A stretch of 60,537 bases of DNA, the filler included, from Asterionella formosa (Eukaryota): the NCBI GenBank assembly GCA_002256025.1. It is 7 parts of 7 records of this genome, joined end to end, with 100 filler letters (N's around TTAATTAATTAA, not from the genome) between each part and the next. Parts side by side here need not be neighbours in the genome. Positions count along the whole stretch, not along the records: positions 17,364 to 25,931 come from NKIB01012025.1; positions 26,032 to 34,595 come from NKIB01012026.1; positions 34,696 to 43,246 come from NKIB01012039.1; 4 more parts are not named here. One strand, 5' to 3'. The notes under the pieces are model-generated. The model did no database searches and was not told the DNA's origin. It worked only from the letters and a program-made list of their open reading frames with translations. This document shows positions 24,051 to 36,829 of the stretch, piece by piece (the stretch's first letter is position 1; every line of letters starts with the position of its first letter). A program made the position numbers and the translations under genes.

Positions 24051-25227
24051 TGTGAAGAAAAATTGATATCTATAATGTATTTAGTTGTGTTGAACCGCCA
24101 CAGACAATAAACTATAGCGATAAATGAATCAATTAGTCACTCTCTGTAGTTATTGAATGCAATATTTCGAAAAAAATCGCGCCATATTTACATGTCAGCA
24201 ACCGTAATTCACATTAGAAATTTCTTCCGACGCACCACAAAATGAAGGAGATTGCGATCATCTCATTGACAACGATGAAACCTACAGCAACGAAAAAGCC
24301 TTAATCATCTAAAAAGTACAAGGTGATACCTAATTCTTTGCATATGACTGTAGTCTTGCTTATTTTAAAGAAGTCAATGTAAATTTAACAACCATAGAGA
24401 GTGTATGGAACGACTGTTATTCTCTTCACAATATAATTATCATAGTGAATTGTGCTATTCAGTTTCCTGCGAATATTTGAATGGCCACCAGATGTAAAAC
24501 CACATTTGGCAATATGTAGATGTACTCAATGAATATATTTATGTTCAATTGGTTTCGATTAATTTATTCAAATGCTAATAACTTGTATGTGATTGCAAGT
24601 TTATACTCACATCTAAATACCTGATAAAAAATTTTGGCATTTTTTCGAGTAAGAAGCCGGCCCTCACATAGAAAGATGGAATGTAGTCTATGTATTCCAT
24701 CCTAAAATAAGATGCTTGGCACTGAGTGTTCCGATAATTGATGCAACTAATATTGGACAGAGGGAGTACCAGGTACCAGTTTCCTGATACCCTGCCAACT
24801 AGGGTTGGCTAAGAGTGCAAACTCTTGATGGTAGTGGAATGGAGGTCCTGTAATGACTGAAACTTTTTAATCAGTCAACGAAAATTCTCATTAGCAATGT
24901 AAAGTGGATAGGTGCACTATATCTAATAATATATTGGGCAAGTTCCAACTTTCCTGGTGAATCCACATTGACAAATGACACATCACTGGTACCAATAGTG
25001 TCTCCAATGTACATTGCTTTGTCTGCAACAGGAAGTGACGCAAAACTCATAGCCTGCAAAATTTGCATATGCAATCACAAAAGTGAAGAGTGCCGACCGC
25101 TAACGGTAACGTCATGAAAGTAGATTGTTAGGAACTGCAATGCAAGGGTAAATTTTCATAAACGAGAAACTCAACCCTCAGTGATTCGAAGCTTGACAAA
25201 CGATTTTGCCGGGGACGAGATGCCACA

Positions 25228-25931
25228 TTATTTTCTGCTGGATAAGTCTTTCTGTTTGGCGTGTTTTTCTTGATCCGCTGAGACATCATCTGCCCATTCG
25301 TCGTATTCCTGTTGGTCATCAATCAAGTCTTGCTCAGATAAATTGTCGTCACTAAGAGAAGTAGAACTTGTTTCATCGTCGTAGTTCCCTTCCTGTCTAC
25401 TATCTCGTTTCATCATTCTCTGGACAGCCTGACGCCTCGAACAGTTTTCGGCAAATAAGACGAATTGTTCCAATTCATAAGAGTCCACGCGCCGAACATT
25501 GCGAAGCTTGTCTTGGACGATGGGGCAAAGGTCGGTGGCAATAATTGATTGACCCACAGCCGGCGGAAAATAGGACAATTTGGAAAGAAACTGACGGCCA
25601 CCTTCTGGAGACTTGTTGTATATATATGAACCAGCGTGGCACTCCTGCTTGAGGTAGTCGTCTCGTTCCGTCACCCACCGGCCCGCCCAGAGAGCGGCGT
25701 ATACTTCCACGCCAAGCTTTCCGGCTGCTAGAACCTTGGCTAGTACTCGTAGCGGCAGCTTCAATGGGGGAGGGTCCAGAACGTAACTTGATGGTCTTTT
25801 CATCTGCTGGTACAACCGGGGTCCATACCTGAGACAAGCAAAGGCAAGGCAGGACGCTAGAGTTCCAGTTCCATTGAGAGTGAAGGATGTCTGGTTCACT
25901 TGCTCTAGTTCGATCCGTAAATCATTTTGGC
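25228..25931 (-). CDS. Hypothetical protein, 5' end lost in the gap; acidic C-terminus
   Basis: Open frame of at least 223 aa at higher GC, reaching toward the contig end. Confidence 0.6.
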
Positions 25932-26103
25932 NNNNNNNNNNNNNNNNNNNNNNNNNNNNNNNNNNNNNNNNNNNNTTAATTAATTAANNNNNNNNNNNNN
26001 NNNNNNNNNNNNNNNNNNNNNNNNNNNNNNNAATTGGAAGCTGTCCCAGTTGACGTTGGAATTGTGAAATCCAAAACAGGAGGTACTCGATATTCTCTTC
26101 TGA

Positions 26104-26514
26104 TTGAAGAAGAAAAATGGGGAATTTGAGATTGCCAGGGTTTCATCATCATCAAGTAGCATCTGCAAAACTGGGGTTGACCGAGATCTGGTGCGAGTTC
26201 TAGGCGACCAACTCCTTCCTTTCATTTTGTCAATGGAAATTGAAGTGATGTGCGACCACACTCGAAGTGAAAACGTAATATTTCATGCCCATCCAAGCTA
26301 CCGTGGTGGTCATTCCTGGTATGATTGGGCAGAGTTTGCTTGGTTAGATGGAGAAACAGGAGTTGAGTCAACTGTGCTTGGCCAGATCTACGGTTTTATT
26401 GAATTGGGATTGAGTCCGTCTTCGATCAATTTCACTGATCCAAGATTACCATCATCCTTGAGAAATCAAAGACCCGGTGTCTTTGCAATTATTCACTCTT
26501 GTAAATATGAGTGA
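26104..26514 (+). mobile_element. Plavaka/CACTA-type transposase C-terminal remnant
   Basis: IFHAHPSYRGGHSWYDWAEF...GQIYGF...FAIIH resembles the RAHPxY..WxDW motif of these transposases (recognised from memory). Confidence 0.6.
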
Positions 26515-26669
26515 ATATGAGTATTTCAAACGGTCAATGAAAGAAGTTGCAAGACAATTGAACTTCACTCCAGTTTAGTGAAAATGAATTTCAATTTTGA
26601 CGAATTGACTGTTGTCAGAGGGCAAATGAACTACTAGGAACCAAAATTTTTACTAATATTACTGATTAG

Positions 26670-29292
26670 ATGTAGGCGAGGACTGATTCTGATTGGCTCA
26701 GGCTATGATACTGCTCACTTAGACTAGATAGAAATGACCCTGCAAGATAACCGTCTTGCCCACGTAGACAAGGAGTAATGCGTTGCGGTACTCTGTTTGT
26801 TCTGATGCTACGCCTCTGTGCTGGTGGGCGAGGAGACATTTGGGACAGCATCTCCACGTGTTCTTGCTCCACTCCTGTTCCTTGCGGAATGTTCTCTTGT
26901 GGTTCCCGTGACACTACTGTTCCTGGTGGAATGGTCACTGCCGATTCTTGTACCAATCTAGTGGGGTGGTAGCCTATGCAGCCACTTGTTAGCATCCACT
27001 GCATCAATGTATTTGTCATCTTTAATGACCGACCCAATGACTGGATATTTGGAATGTACTAACCCACTTGCTTTCGCTGCGATGACTAAACGATCTGACC
27101 CAGACTCTCCAAGATATCACGAAGCAATGGCAAGCATTGATTCTGAATCATTTAAGGAAGCGATGGTAGCAGAAATAAATGCTCTTACGGCAAAGAATAC
27201 ATGGACTGTAATACCACGGGCATCCATTTCTGGCAAAAATGTTCTACCAGGAACATGGGCATTTAAGAGGAAGAGATTTCATGACGGTCGTCTTCGAAAG
27301 TGTAAAGCACGGTTTTGTGTCCGTGGTGATAAGCAAGTCGAAGGCGTTGACTACTTCGAAATGTATGCACCAGTGGTACAATGGTCTACAGTGAGATGCT
27401 TACTCATAATGTCGATTGTGTTGGACCTAAAGACACAACAAATCGACTATATTACAATGTCAAGCAGAAATTGAAGAAGAAGTCTACGTGGAGTTACCTA
27501 AAGACTTTGGTGACAAGCAAGGGCGCGATATGGTTCTTAAACTAAATAAGTCGCTCTATGGTACAAAAACAGGCTCCACGGGCTTGGTTCTTGAAACTTA
27601 AAGAAAGTCTGGAAGATCGCGGTTTCCACCAATCTAAATTGGATGCATGTTTCTTTATTCACCCAGATATGGTGTACCTAAACTATGTAGATGATGGGAT
27701 ACTAATTGGAAAAAATGGTCCCAAGATTGAATCCATGATTGATGATCTCAGTACAACACTTGAGCTAACAAGAGAAGGAGACCTTTCGGCTTTCTTAGGA
27801 ATACAAATTGACAAGATTGAGAATGGCTCTTTAAGGCTGACACAGGAAGGCTTAATCAAGCGAGTGTTAGAAGCTACAAAAATGCAAGAATGCAGACCCA
27901 CAATGACACCAGCTGTCAAGGATACATTGGGTGCAGATGTTGATGGAGAACCGGCAGAAGAACAATGGAACTATAGGTCCGTGGTGGGAATGCTATTATA
28001 CTTGGCATCAAACTCGCGACCAGACATAGCCTTTGCAGTACATCAGTGTGCTCGTTTCTCCCATTGTCCTATGGTATCACATGAAGGGGCAATTAAGAGG
28101 ATCTGCCGCTATCTGAAAGGAACTATGAAAGAAGGAATTGTTTTCACACCTTCTGAGGAACTTGCAATAGATTGCTATGTAGATTCTGACTTTGCGGGTT
28201 TGTATGGTACTGAGGATTCTCATGATCCGATTTGCGCAAAGTCCAGGACAGGATACGTCATAACGTTAGCAGGATGTCCGCTACTATGGGTATCAAAGCT
28301 ACAGACCACTATAGCCCTATCTACTATGGAAGCAGAATACCAGGCTTTATCAGCAAGTTGTCAGGACCTAATCCCATTACGACATATTTGCAAGGAAGCC
28401 TCAGATGCCCTGAAGATAAATGGACATTTCATAGTACGATCACACTCGAAATATATGAAGATAATAGTGCATGTTTGTCTCAAGCAACAATGCCCAAAAT
28501 GACGCCACGTACAAAACATATAGCAGTGGCTTATCATTGGTTTCGAGAATATGTATTGTCGGGAGACATTGAAGTCTTGAAAATTGATACTACGAAGCAA
28601 CTTGCGGACATTTTCACAAAGGGCTTGGTGCAGTAAGATTTACAGCAATACGCAAGCTGCTGTGTGGTTGGTAAGCAACTTTCTTCTGCTGAGAGGGAGA
28701 GTTGAAACACAGAAGAATTCTTGATCCCTGATTCCCAGTTAGGTCTCCACTTTGCGTGAAGACAACATTTCCCTACTAGTCGTTGTGTTTGATGGAACAA
28801 CGCACAATTCAATACCAAGCTTTATAACCTTCAGACATTTGATAAAGAACAATGTTGAAGGGCGAATTCTATCAAGTTTTCCCTATGTTTACCAAACAAA
28901 CTTGGTAAACCCTAAACTACGAATGATTGGAGAGACAAATCAGTTCTGTCTAAAGCATTGAAGAACAGTCGAATCATCCTATTAAAGGATTGAGGAACAA
29001 TCCAATCATCATATTGCAGATACCTGAAAAAGTATCTCAGTAGAGGAACATCTATGTCCTAGAATCTATCTAGGCTAGATGGATATACATGTTACAAGGA
29101 AGAGGATGTAATCTACTTCGCTACAGCAGTAGGAACTACGAAGAACCTTGCCTCCAAGGAACAAAGAACAAATTCATTTCAGAAACATGTAGGAGTTGCC
29201 ATGTTTCAATCGAAACTACATTTCAAAATTACATTTAGTTTAAGCTCACTCTTTTAGAAAACACACAAGTGAAACTACTAAGATTGTCAACA
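26670..29292 (+). mobile_element. Copia element, 3' half (inverted linker piece, RT, RNase H, PPT, 3' LTR)
   Basis: WAFKRKR...KARFCVRGDKQ, YAPVVQWSTVR, YVDDG, SRPDIAFAVHQ, YVDSDFAG and RTKHI...QLADIFTKGL, with few frameshifts. PPT GAGAGGGAG at 28691. Confidence 0.93.
28700..29292 (+). repeat. 3' LTR (~593 bp)
   Basis: (A)GTTGA directly after the PPT and TCAACA at 29287-29292, i.e. a TGTTGA/TCAACA terminal inverted repeat with the first base changed. Confidence 0.65.
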
Positions 29293-30519
29293 GAATATTA
29301 AAATAATACATTGTACTCCGTACTCATACTACTCACCAAGTTGATTTCTAACTACTATGAACTGCTTATAGACCATTATAACCGGGTAATCTTACATTTT
29401 TTACTACAAACTTTTTCAATTTAGCAATACGACAATATTTACTATGAATAAGTCATTTGTTTCACGCATCTACATATATCATGTCTTAATGCCCGATCGA
29501 TGTTGTGTTCCAATGATACCGGTAGTTCGCACCATAGCAATTTAGTGATTTTGTACTGTCAACATAGATGCATCCTGAAATGCTCTTGAGACCATCACAA
29601 CATACCACATTTTCATTTCTCCGGATCTTACAACTTTGTATAGTGATACGAAGAAGTACCAAACCTTAAGCAAGTACAGAGTTATTTGTAAGTCTCTAGA
29701 TAAGGATTTAGTAAAGCTTGTTCTAAACAACAGTGTCAGAGACGAAGTAGACGCTAGAAAGGCTAATGGTGGAGGAGTTGTTTTACCAAGTTTTGCTATT
29801 GCTAGCTAAATTATTAGTTGACACAATAACGTGGCTAACAAAAGACAAGGTGAAGTACCCTTTGAAGAAATTGAATAATGACAACAAAGATCTAGTAGTA
29901 GGGGGTTTGAATTCTATAGTGCTATTGAATTGTTCCCCAGCAGAATGAATCGAAACTAGCAGTACACTTACCTTTGGAACCAGAGTCACCACTACTGAAT
30001 CGTCCACTTTGACACCAGTTACATGTGATGCAGATAAACACAGCAGTGACAGAAACAATAATCTAGCCGATAGACCGGAACAGCATGAGACTCAACAAAC
30101 ACAACTTTCCGGTGAGAAGGGGGGGAACAAATACAAACGAAAAAAGTGTTCCATTGAGACCATGAAACTTGCTCCAGCACCACATGTATGTGGTGGGCAT
30201 CAATCTTGATCAGATGGCTTGCCAGTTGGCGCTATTGGCGATCGCGCAAAATAAATGGTTCATGTGGTGGCTGGACGCTTTCAACTGGGAACGGAAGCAC
30301 TGGACGATATGACTAGGAGAAAAGAAGAGCAGAGTAGAAGGAGAGTGAGAAAGCGAATAAGAAAGTTATGGATTATAAAGCAACATTGAACGAGGTGCAA
30401 GGGATCAGAGCACTCAACAAACGGCCACACAAATGGATGGTGGCACAAACAAAAACAATCGTGTTGTGGTACAAACGAATTGGCGATGCACAATGCATTA
30501 CTTGCAACGAAACAACTAC

Positions 30520-30855
30520 TTCTTACTGAGTATTGTTCTCACAAGTGTTTGGCTTGGTATTGGTTTCGAACTCTTGTCGACTGTGTTGAGAATCAACCCG
30601 TTGTTCTTCCTCCTCATTGGCACTCCGTTCCTCTACACCGGATCTAAATTTATTACAGAGGAGCTTCTCTTCCCTGGTAAATTCATTGCTTTCGGGCCTT
30701 GCCCCAGCTGTGAAGTTGAGAACCGCGTCTACTTTGGAAAGATCTTGGGTGTGGAGGGTTTCACTGACATTGCTAAAGTCAAGTGTACTAGCTGCAAAAC
30801 TGAATTCAGTGTCCAACGTAAGACATTGCGTGCTTTGACCATTCCGAAAGCATAA
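30520..30855 (+). pseudogene. PGRL1: 3' fragment of PGR5-like 1 (PGRL1)
   Basis: Two TM helices, then GPCPSCEVENRVYFGKILGVEGF...VKCTSCKTEF (paired CxxC typical of PGRL1). Upstream sequence is not PGRL1-like. Confidence 0.75.
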
Positions 30856-30875
30856 AAAGTCGCACACAATGAACT

Positions 30876-31401
30876 CTAGCCACAAGGAGTATATAAACCG
30901 AGATAGGCATGGAAGTATGTTTCTTGGTTTTGCAACTTTTCAACCATTTCTACTTCTGAAGAAATGTCTGCCAAATTTCCGCCGATATTTTCATTCATCG
31001 CATGATTTTGTTCATCAAATGAATGAGAATCACTGAGTTCTTCTTCATTATCAGCGATTTCGGGAGAATGAGGAGCAAAATACGACTCTGAATGGTGGAA
31101 CTGTGACTCTGTACGAATAGAGTCTTCATCCACGAAGACCAACTGTTTTGGTTTCCTCTTCGAAAGCAATCTTTCCTTCTTTTCAATCTCAGCCACTATT
31201 GTATCGGCATACTTCATTATTTTTCTGGAGTATTATGAATCTGTTCAAATTCATTTGATCTTTGAGTGTATTCAAAGGAATATTCGATTGATTGATTTCA
31301 TAAGTCTCTTCATTTTCTTTTCCGAAAACATAAAGTCGTGTAGTGTAAACAATGGAAGTAAGTCTCGTTTCTTGTTTGACTGATCCTTTCCATGAAATCA
31401 A
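30876..31401 (-). other. Possible decayed coding sequence (acidic), unidentified
   Basis: Overlapping short ORFs with E/S/D-rich composition; no motif recognised. Confidence 0.25.
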
Positions 31402-32237
31402 TGAAATGCCATTTGGAAAGTTGTCAAAGGGCCAGAAGACTATGATGTAAAACAGTGGAAGGGAAATGCGGAGCTTTTTGCAGCGCTTGTGGAGAAAGAA
31501 CTGGTGTGATGGTTATCGAGTGTAGTAATTGTTGAACAGAGCACAGTGTAATATACATGTTCCGCCAGCGTAGTGTTTACACAATACACATGCTGGCATA
31601 TACCTGTATATAGCTAAAACAAGGAAAGACGACACAACAATGAATGTGATGGCTGGTTGTTGAGGATACCGGTATGTGATATGCATCAATCCATATCACA
31701 AATCATATTATAGTGATGTACATATCAACGCATCCATATACTTAGATCCTATCCACTGTATAATACTATCATATTAAGTGTTGACTTTAAATGTATACAT
31801 TAAACGACAAACATATATATTAATTAACATACTTTATGATTGCTTGATTTATATTCTATGATGTCGTGGTAACACTTGCGTACATATTTTATCGTACTTT
31901 ATTGTCATTGTACTATTTTTACATAATCATATTTTGATCAAAATTATATCTTATAATAATCATCACAGTTTTATGATCGCTGCATCATAGCTATGTGATG
32001 TACTTTATTCATTATTACGTATCATACTTTGGTGATGTATGCATCGATGTAACCCTATCATGATATCACATTATCATCTTATCAATCATGATGAGATGAT
32101 TGGGAAGCAACTGTATTATGCATCGTGCTATGCTGGGGTATATTATTATATCACGCAATTTAGTAGCTAACAAGTCACTCCGCCTGTAATGTACAAAAGT
32201 CGACAGTGCACATGCCGGTACTCACATGCTAATCAGG

Positions 32238-32640
32238 TTTGAGGCAACGGACAGTGGTTCCAATGAGCGAATGATGATACCACGGGTACCAATTTTTCCA
32301 ACGAAAGGACTTGTCTCTCTATTGATGAGGATGACACGGACACCGACTTTTTCAGGAGCAAACAACAATGAAGAGACCCACTTGTTGCTCTATTGATGGT
32401 AACAAAGATATGGACAAATTCAACAGTGAATACAAGAACAACATACCATTGAAAACAAGTCGACCGTGTGTGCACGCACACGCCAAGCAAGTTTGAGGCA
32501 ACGGACAATTCCAACAAGCAAATGACGATACAGATATCAAATTCTTCCTACGAGCAAACAACAATGAAAAGAGCCACTTGCTCTCGCTCTCTTGATGGTA
32601 TCAAAGATGCGGACAAGTTCAATAGTTAATTCAAGTAAAG
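32238..32640. repeat. Degenerate two-copy duplication
   Basis: GTTTGAGGCAACGGACA at ~32238 and 32491; GAGCAAACAACAATGAA..CCACTTG..TTGATGGT at ~32356 and ~32551. Confidence 0.7.
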
Positions 32641-33343
32641 TATGCCAAATGCAGAAACGAGCGAGCGATATGAAAATGAAATACATTCTAATCAGAATCA
32701 TTCTATAACTATAGCTATGTGGACAGTAGTCTGTTACGCACATTTTCGTATCTCTTTCTATGCTGAATCTCAATAGTAGATGTAGTATCATGTGAGAATT
32801 GAAAATGTCAACGAGAACAAGTAGAATGTGTTTGTTTACGGGTTGATTGGCGAGATTGTCATGCTGAAGTGGACGAAACGGATTTACTTTGTGCGCTGTG
32901 TGCGGAAACATTACGAGTTCGAATGGTTTCTTCTCTCCTGTAAACTCTTAATTGAATGATTATGAACAAAGGTTCACTGCACATGACGATCACTCGAAGA
33001 TATAAAGATCACTTGACCAACAAATTGAAGACGTTATCGCGAACATTCATTCCACTTGTCATCGCTAGTATGTCGTTGTTGTTGCAAAAATCGGAGTGAT
33101 GAGGGGCGGATGGAAATGATGAGCCAAATTACCGGTACATTACTTGAACTGGTACATTATCCTACCAAGAAATTCGAATACAGGAATCAAATAGAAACAA
33201 TAGATATAATAATTAAATATATGTAGTCAAAAGGGTTACTATTTAAATTACAAAGGCATTTATCAAAATTATTAGATGATATAACGAAAAATTATGATCA
33301 GATGATCACAATCCTATGATGCATCATGGAAATATGATAGTTT

Positions 33344-34280
33344 TTATTTGCAGACGTATCCAGTTCTTGCCTTGAGATGATAAGTTCCCTGCAGAAATGA
33401 TTGCTCAACAAATTCTGGTGTAACATTGTGTGACCCTGATGGAATCTTCATGTCTGGTGCTTGTTCCATCATTTGGAAAATTGGTCTCCACTCTAATTTC
33501 AGTCTATTCCAGAGCTTCTTGTCAGGGGATAGTGACAGTGAACCAAGAAGGCGAAATGGTATGACAATGCCTGGTTGTCCATGTAGCCATAGACTCCACC
33601 CTGTCCGGCGGAGAATCTTTTCAGGAAACTGCCAACCCCTTGGGACCTGCCAAAACTTGCCATCATAGCAGTACAAAGTATGATCTATCCCCTTCTGTTG
33701 ACCTTGTTGGTGTTCTTGTTCAGGGAGTGGTCGAGTTACCTGATCATTTGTTATTTTACCTTGTTGAAGCTGATCACAAAGCACCTGTTCAAGCTGTTTG
33801 TGATGCTCTTTCAACCGATTGTTTAGAAAATCGATTGTGATGACACCACCACGGATGTCATGCTCTTCAATTGCTTGAACTACAGAAGCTTTGATTTCCT
33901 CTGTCTGATGCATCATCATTGATGTTATCTGAGTGACTTTTAGAAGAATCTCACTCAATTTTTGTGAGTGCCAGGATATTGCAATAGTGGAATTGCAGAA
34001 AATGGGTGGTTTGGTTGTTTCTCAATTTCAGGTTTAACAAAGGCATCCATGTGATAAACAACTGATGCAAGGAAGCAGAGTAAAACACCAACTTTACCCC
34101 CACTTTGTCTCTCCTCATACAAGTCAATGATGCAACCAAAACATATCTGTAATGCCTGCTTGACATCATCATTTTCCATACCATAAATGAAATTTGGTGG
34201 GAGAACTGCGAAATCAACTGCATTAGGTGGGAGGCTTGCAAGACATCGCCCAAGGTATTGATCACCAGGTTCTGCAAACA
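33344..34280 (-). mobile_element. Crypton (CryptonS-like) tyrosine-recombinase transposon remnant, C-terminal part
   Basis: FAEPGDQYLGRCLASLP...FAVLPPNF...LASVVYH...PNHP, a frameshift at ~33958, then YDGKFWQVPRGWQFP...WSLWLHG...PFRLL. Confidence 0.75.
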
Positions 34281-35499
34281 ATAAACAAGTTATTATGGCG
34301 CACAACTTAATTGCAATGGCGCAAACATGCCATAGTAATGATGCGGAAAAGTCTTGAAACAAGCTAATTATTTATATAGCTTCAGCTTCTCCTATGTGTT
34401 GAAAAAGTCATGCAGGCTCAATGGGGTAAAACTGATTTTGCAGTGTTCAAGTACGAACAATGATGTTCCTTATATGCACAGGAAGGACTTTGTCTAATAC
34501 AGATTTATAATATTACAAATATTCGTCTCAAACCGTGTGATTACCCCGTTTTGTTATGACTATCAGTACAAAACTGAAAGTTTGTATGACTCTCANNNNN
34601 NNNNNNNNNNNNNNNNNNNNNNNNNNNNNNNNNNNNNNNTTAATTAATTAANNNNNNNNNNNNNNNNNNNNNNNNNNNNNNNNNNNNNNNNNNNNTGTGT
34701 GTACGACGTCATTGTGCTTTCGAATACATTATGCATCAGAAGAATTCGGTGATGATGCAAGCGCAAAAAGCATACTGCATCGCGCAAAAAAGGTAAAGTA
34801 ATACGAAAATAGTTTCTGTAGTGTAAACGGAGTAAAAATAATCACGGTTTGGGGGGAAAATATACTCATGTATGCATAGAAAAATATGCACTGTAAGCCA
34901 CCGCTATGCAACAATCTTAATGACTTTAAAAAAATTAGATCTTCATGGCTTTATACACTAAATCGAAACTGATTACTTATTCGTAGAAAAGAGTGCATCG
35001 TGTAACATACACTTCGTACTTGCATCAGGTTTCGATTGTTATATTACTTGAATATTTTTTAGTCGGAAGATGGAGTAAAATAACGGTGGCTTACAGTTTT
35101 TAAGTGGTACTGTGAAACTGTAGCTTTGCCCTACCAGCATTCCCGTCTTCCACTTGTTTCAATTTCCGTCTGGAACATGACGTGGCTACTGTGAAACAAT
35201 ACCTATTACTACGCTGGTGCTATGAAACTGTAGCTTTGCCCTACCAATCTAATGTCTATTACTGAGTTTGTTGGTATGCTATCGCTTACCGATCCAGCAC
35301 TCGCCCACTGTCTAATCCTTTAGTCACCAGACCATTATCCCTTTTTGGCTGCTTCCTTCTGTTACAGTCACATTTCTCCTGACATTCGCACGCTATCGAT
35401 AGTGCAATATATTACTTGTTATCTGGAATGGTAAATGTTCCGAGTGCTACAAGGAATGGAACGATCTTGGTTGTAAAGGGGATACCGATTGCAGATTGT

Positions 35500-36600
35500 T
35501 CAATCAGAAAAATTTGTTTCTATGGCATATTTTATGTCTGTTCAAGAGACAACGGAAGATTAAGGAACGACTCTCACTGGTTAGATACTTTGATCATGAT
35601 GACAAAGGCAAGGAGAGACTACATGAAAGTGTCCTGGATTTTGTTATCAACAAATTCTATGTGGTCCTAGAGTCTGGCTTGTTTAACAAAACATCATTTG
35701 GAACTTCAAGGAAATTTCGGAATCATATAGGACCAGCAATGATTCTATGGAAAACTCACTTTCCTCGGGAATTTAGCTAGATTACATCAGAAAGACAACA
35801 ATATACCAACAAATGCAGCAGAAATAGACAAATACCTATGTTTCATCACTGATTCATTATAGTTAATCAAAAGAGTCCTGAGAACAGATAACTTCCTGTA
35901 TTTTTTCGACGGAATTGAACAAGAATGCATGTTTTCCCTCAATTTATCTTTCCTTCCAGATGAATTTTTTGGAATGGAAGAAAAAGGCAATCCATTTTTA
36001 CAGGTGGCAAAATCTTTTTGTACTTCCGAGAAAATCTATAGCCCTCCTATTTGTTTGTTGAAACAAACATTCAAAACGACTGCAACATATAAAGCACTTG
36101 CAATTACCATGGAAGGAAAAGCCATGCAAATGTTTCCTTTCAAGAATTATACTGACAGCTTAAGATATTCAAAGCTGGATCTGCCAAATGTAAAACCATT
36201 TTGGCATATGATAAAGTACTTGTTACTATCAGGTTCCGATGATGTCTCCGGCAATAGCGACAGAGTTATACCACACAATGCCACTATGTTGTTCACCAAT
36301 TCTGGAAATAATGGCTACCCAAAACTTCAGAAAGCACACCAAGATTATACAATACAGAATGTGAAAGGGAAACAACTATGCCTTGGGGAATGATAATGTC
36401 GTTGTCTATAGGAGGGAACTTTTTAAATGTATGGGATAATTGAGCGGATGAGAAACATGCAATACATTTGTCCATACCATTCAAATTCATCTTTCTCATA
36501 TGTGGAGATATAGTCCATGGAGGAGCTTTGGATAATAGTAAAAAGATGGTGCTCTACGGATTAATCTCTATTTGTTGCCAGCTATAAAGCAAATAAATGG
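35500..36600 (+). pseudogene. Decayed gene with a C-terminal 2OG-Fe(II) dioxygenase (DSBH) domain
   Basis: QKAHQD (His at 36337), MPWGMIMSL...LNVW, ICGDIVHGG (His at 36516) and GALRI (Arg at 36557), across two frameshifts and a stop. Confidence 0.65.
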
Positions 36601-36829
36601 ACACATTGTCGCCAAACTGAAACGACAAGATAACAAGATACACACTGATGGATCAATTTTTGGTTGTAACCAGAAGATTTCGTCATTCTTATTGCAACAT
36701 GACGGAACAGGGTGGTCTAATTTATGATCTAGTTTCACAATTTATGTAATTGAATTTTTATATAATGTTGTATTTCATATGTATATATTTAGTGGAACTT
36801 TTAAATTGTCTCCAATTACTATCGCCAAG

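Larger units (their letters stand above)
20665..24340. repeat. Dispersed repeat (copy A), interrupted by the TIR element
   Basis: 20740-20968 matches 54510-54728, and 24051-24340 matches 54727-55018. Confidence 0.88.
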
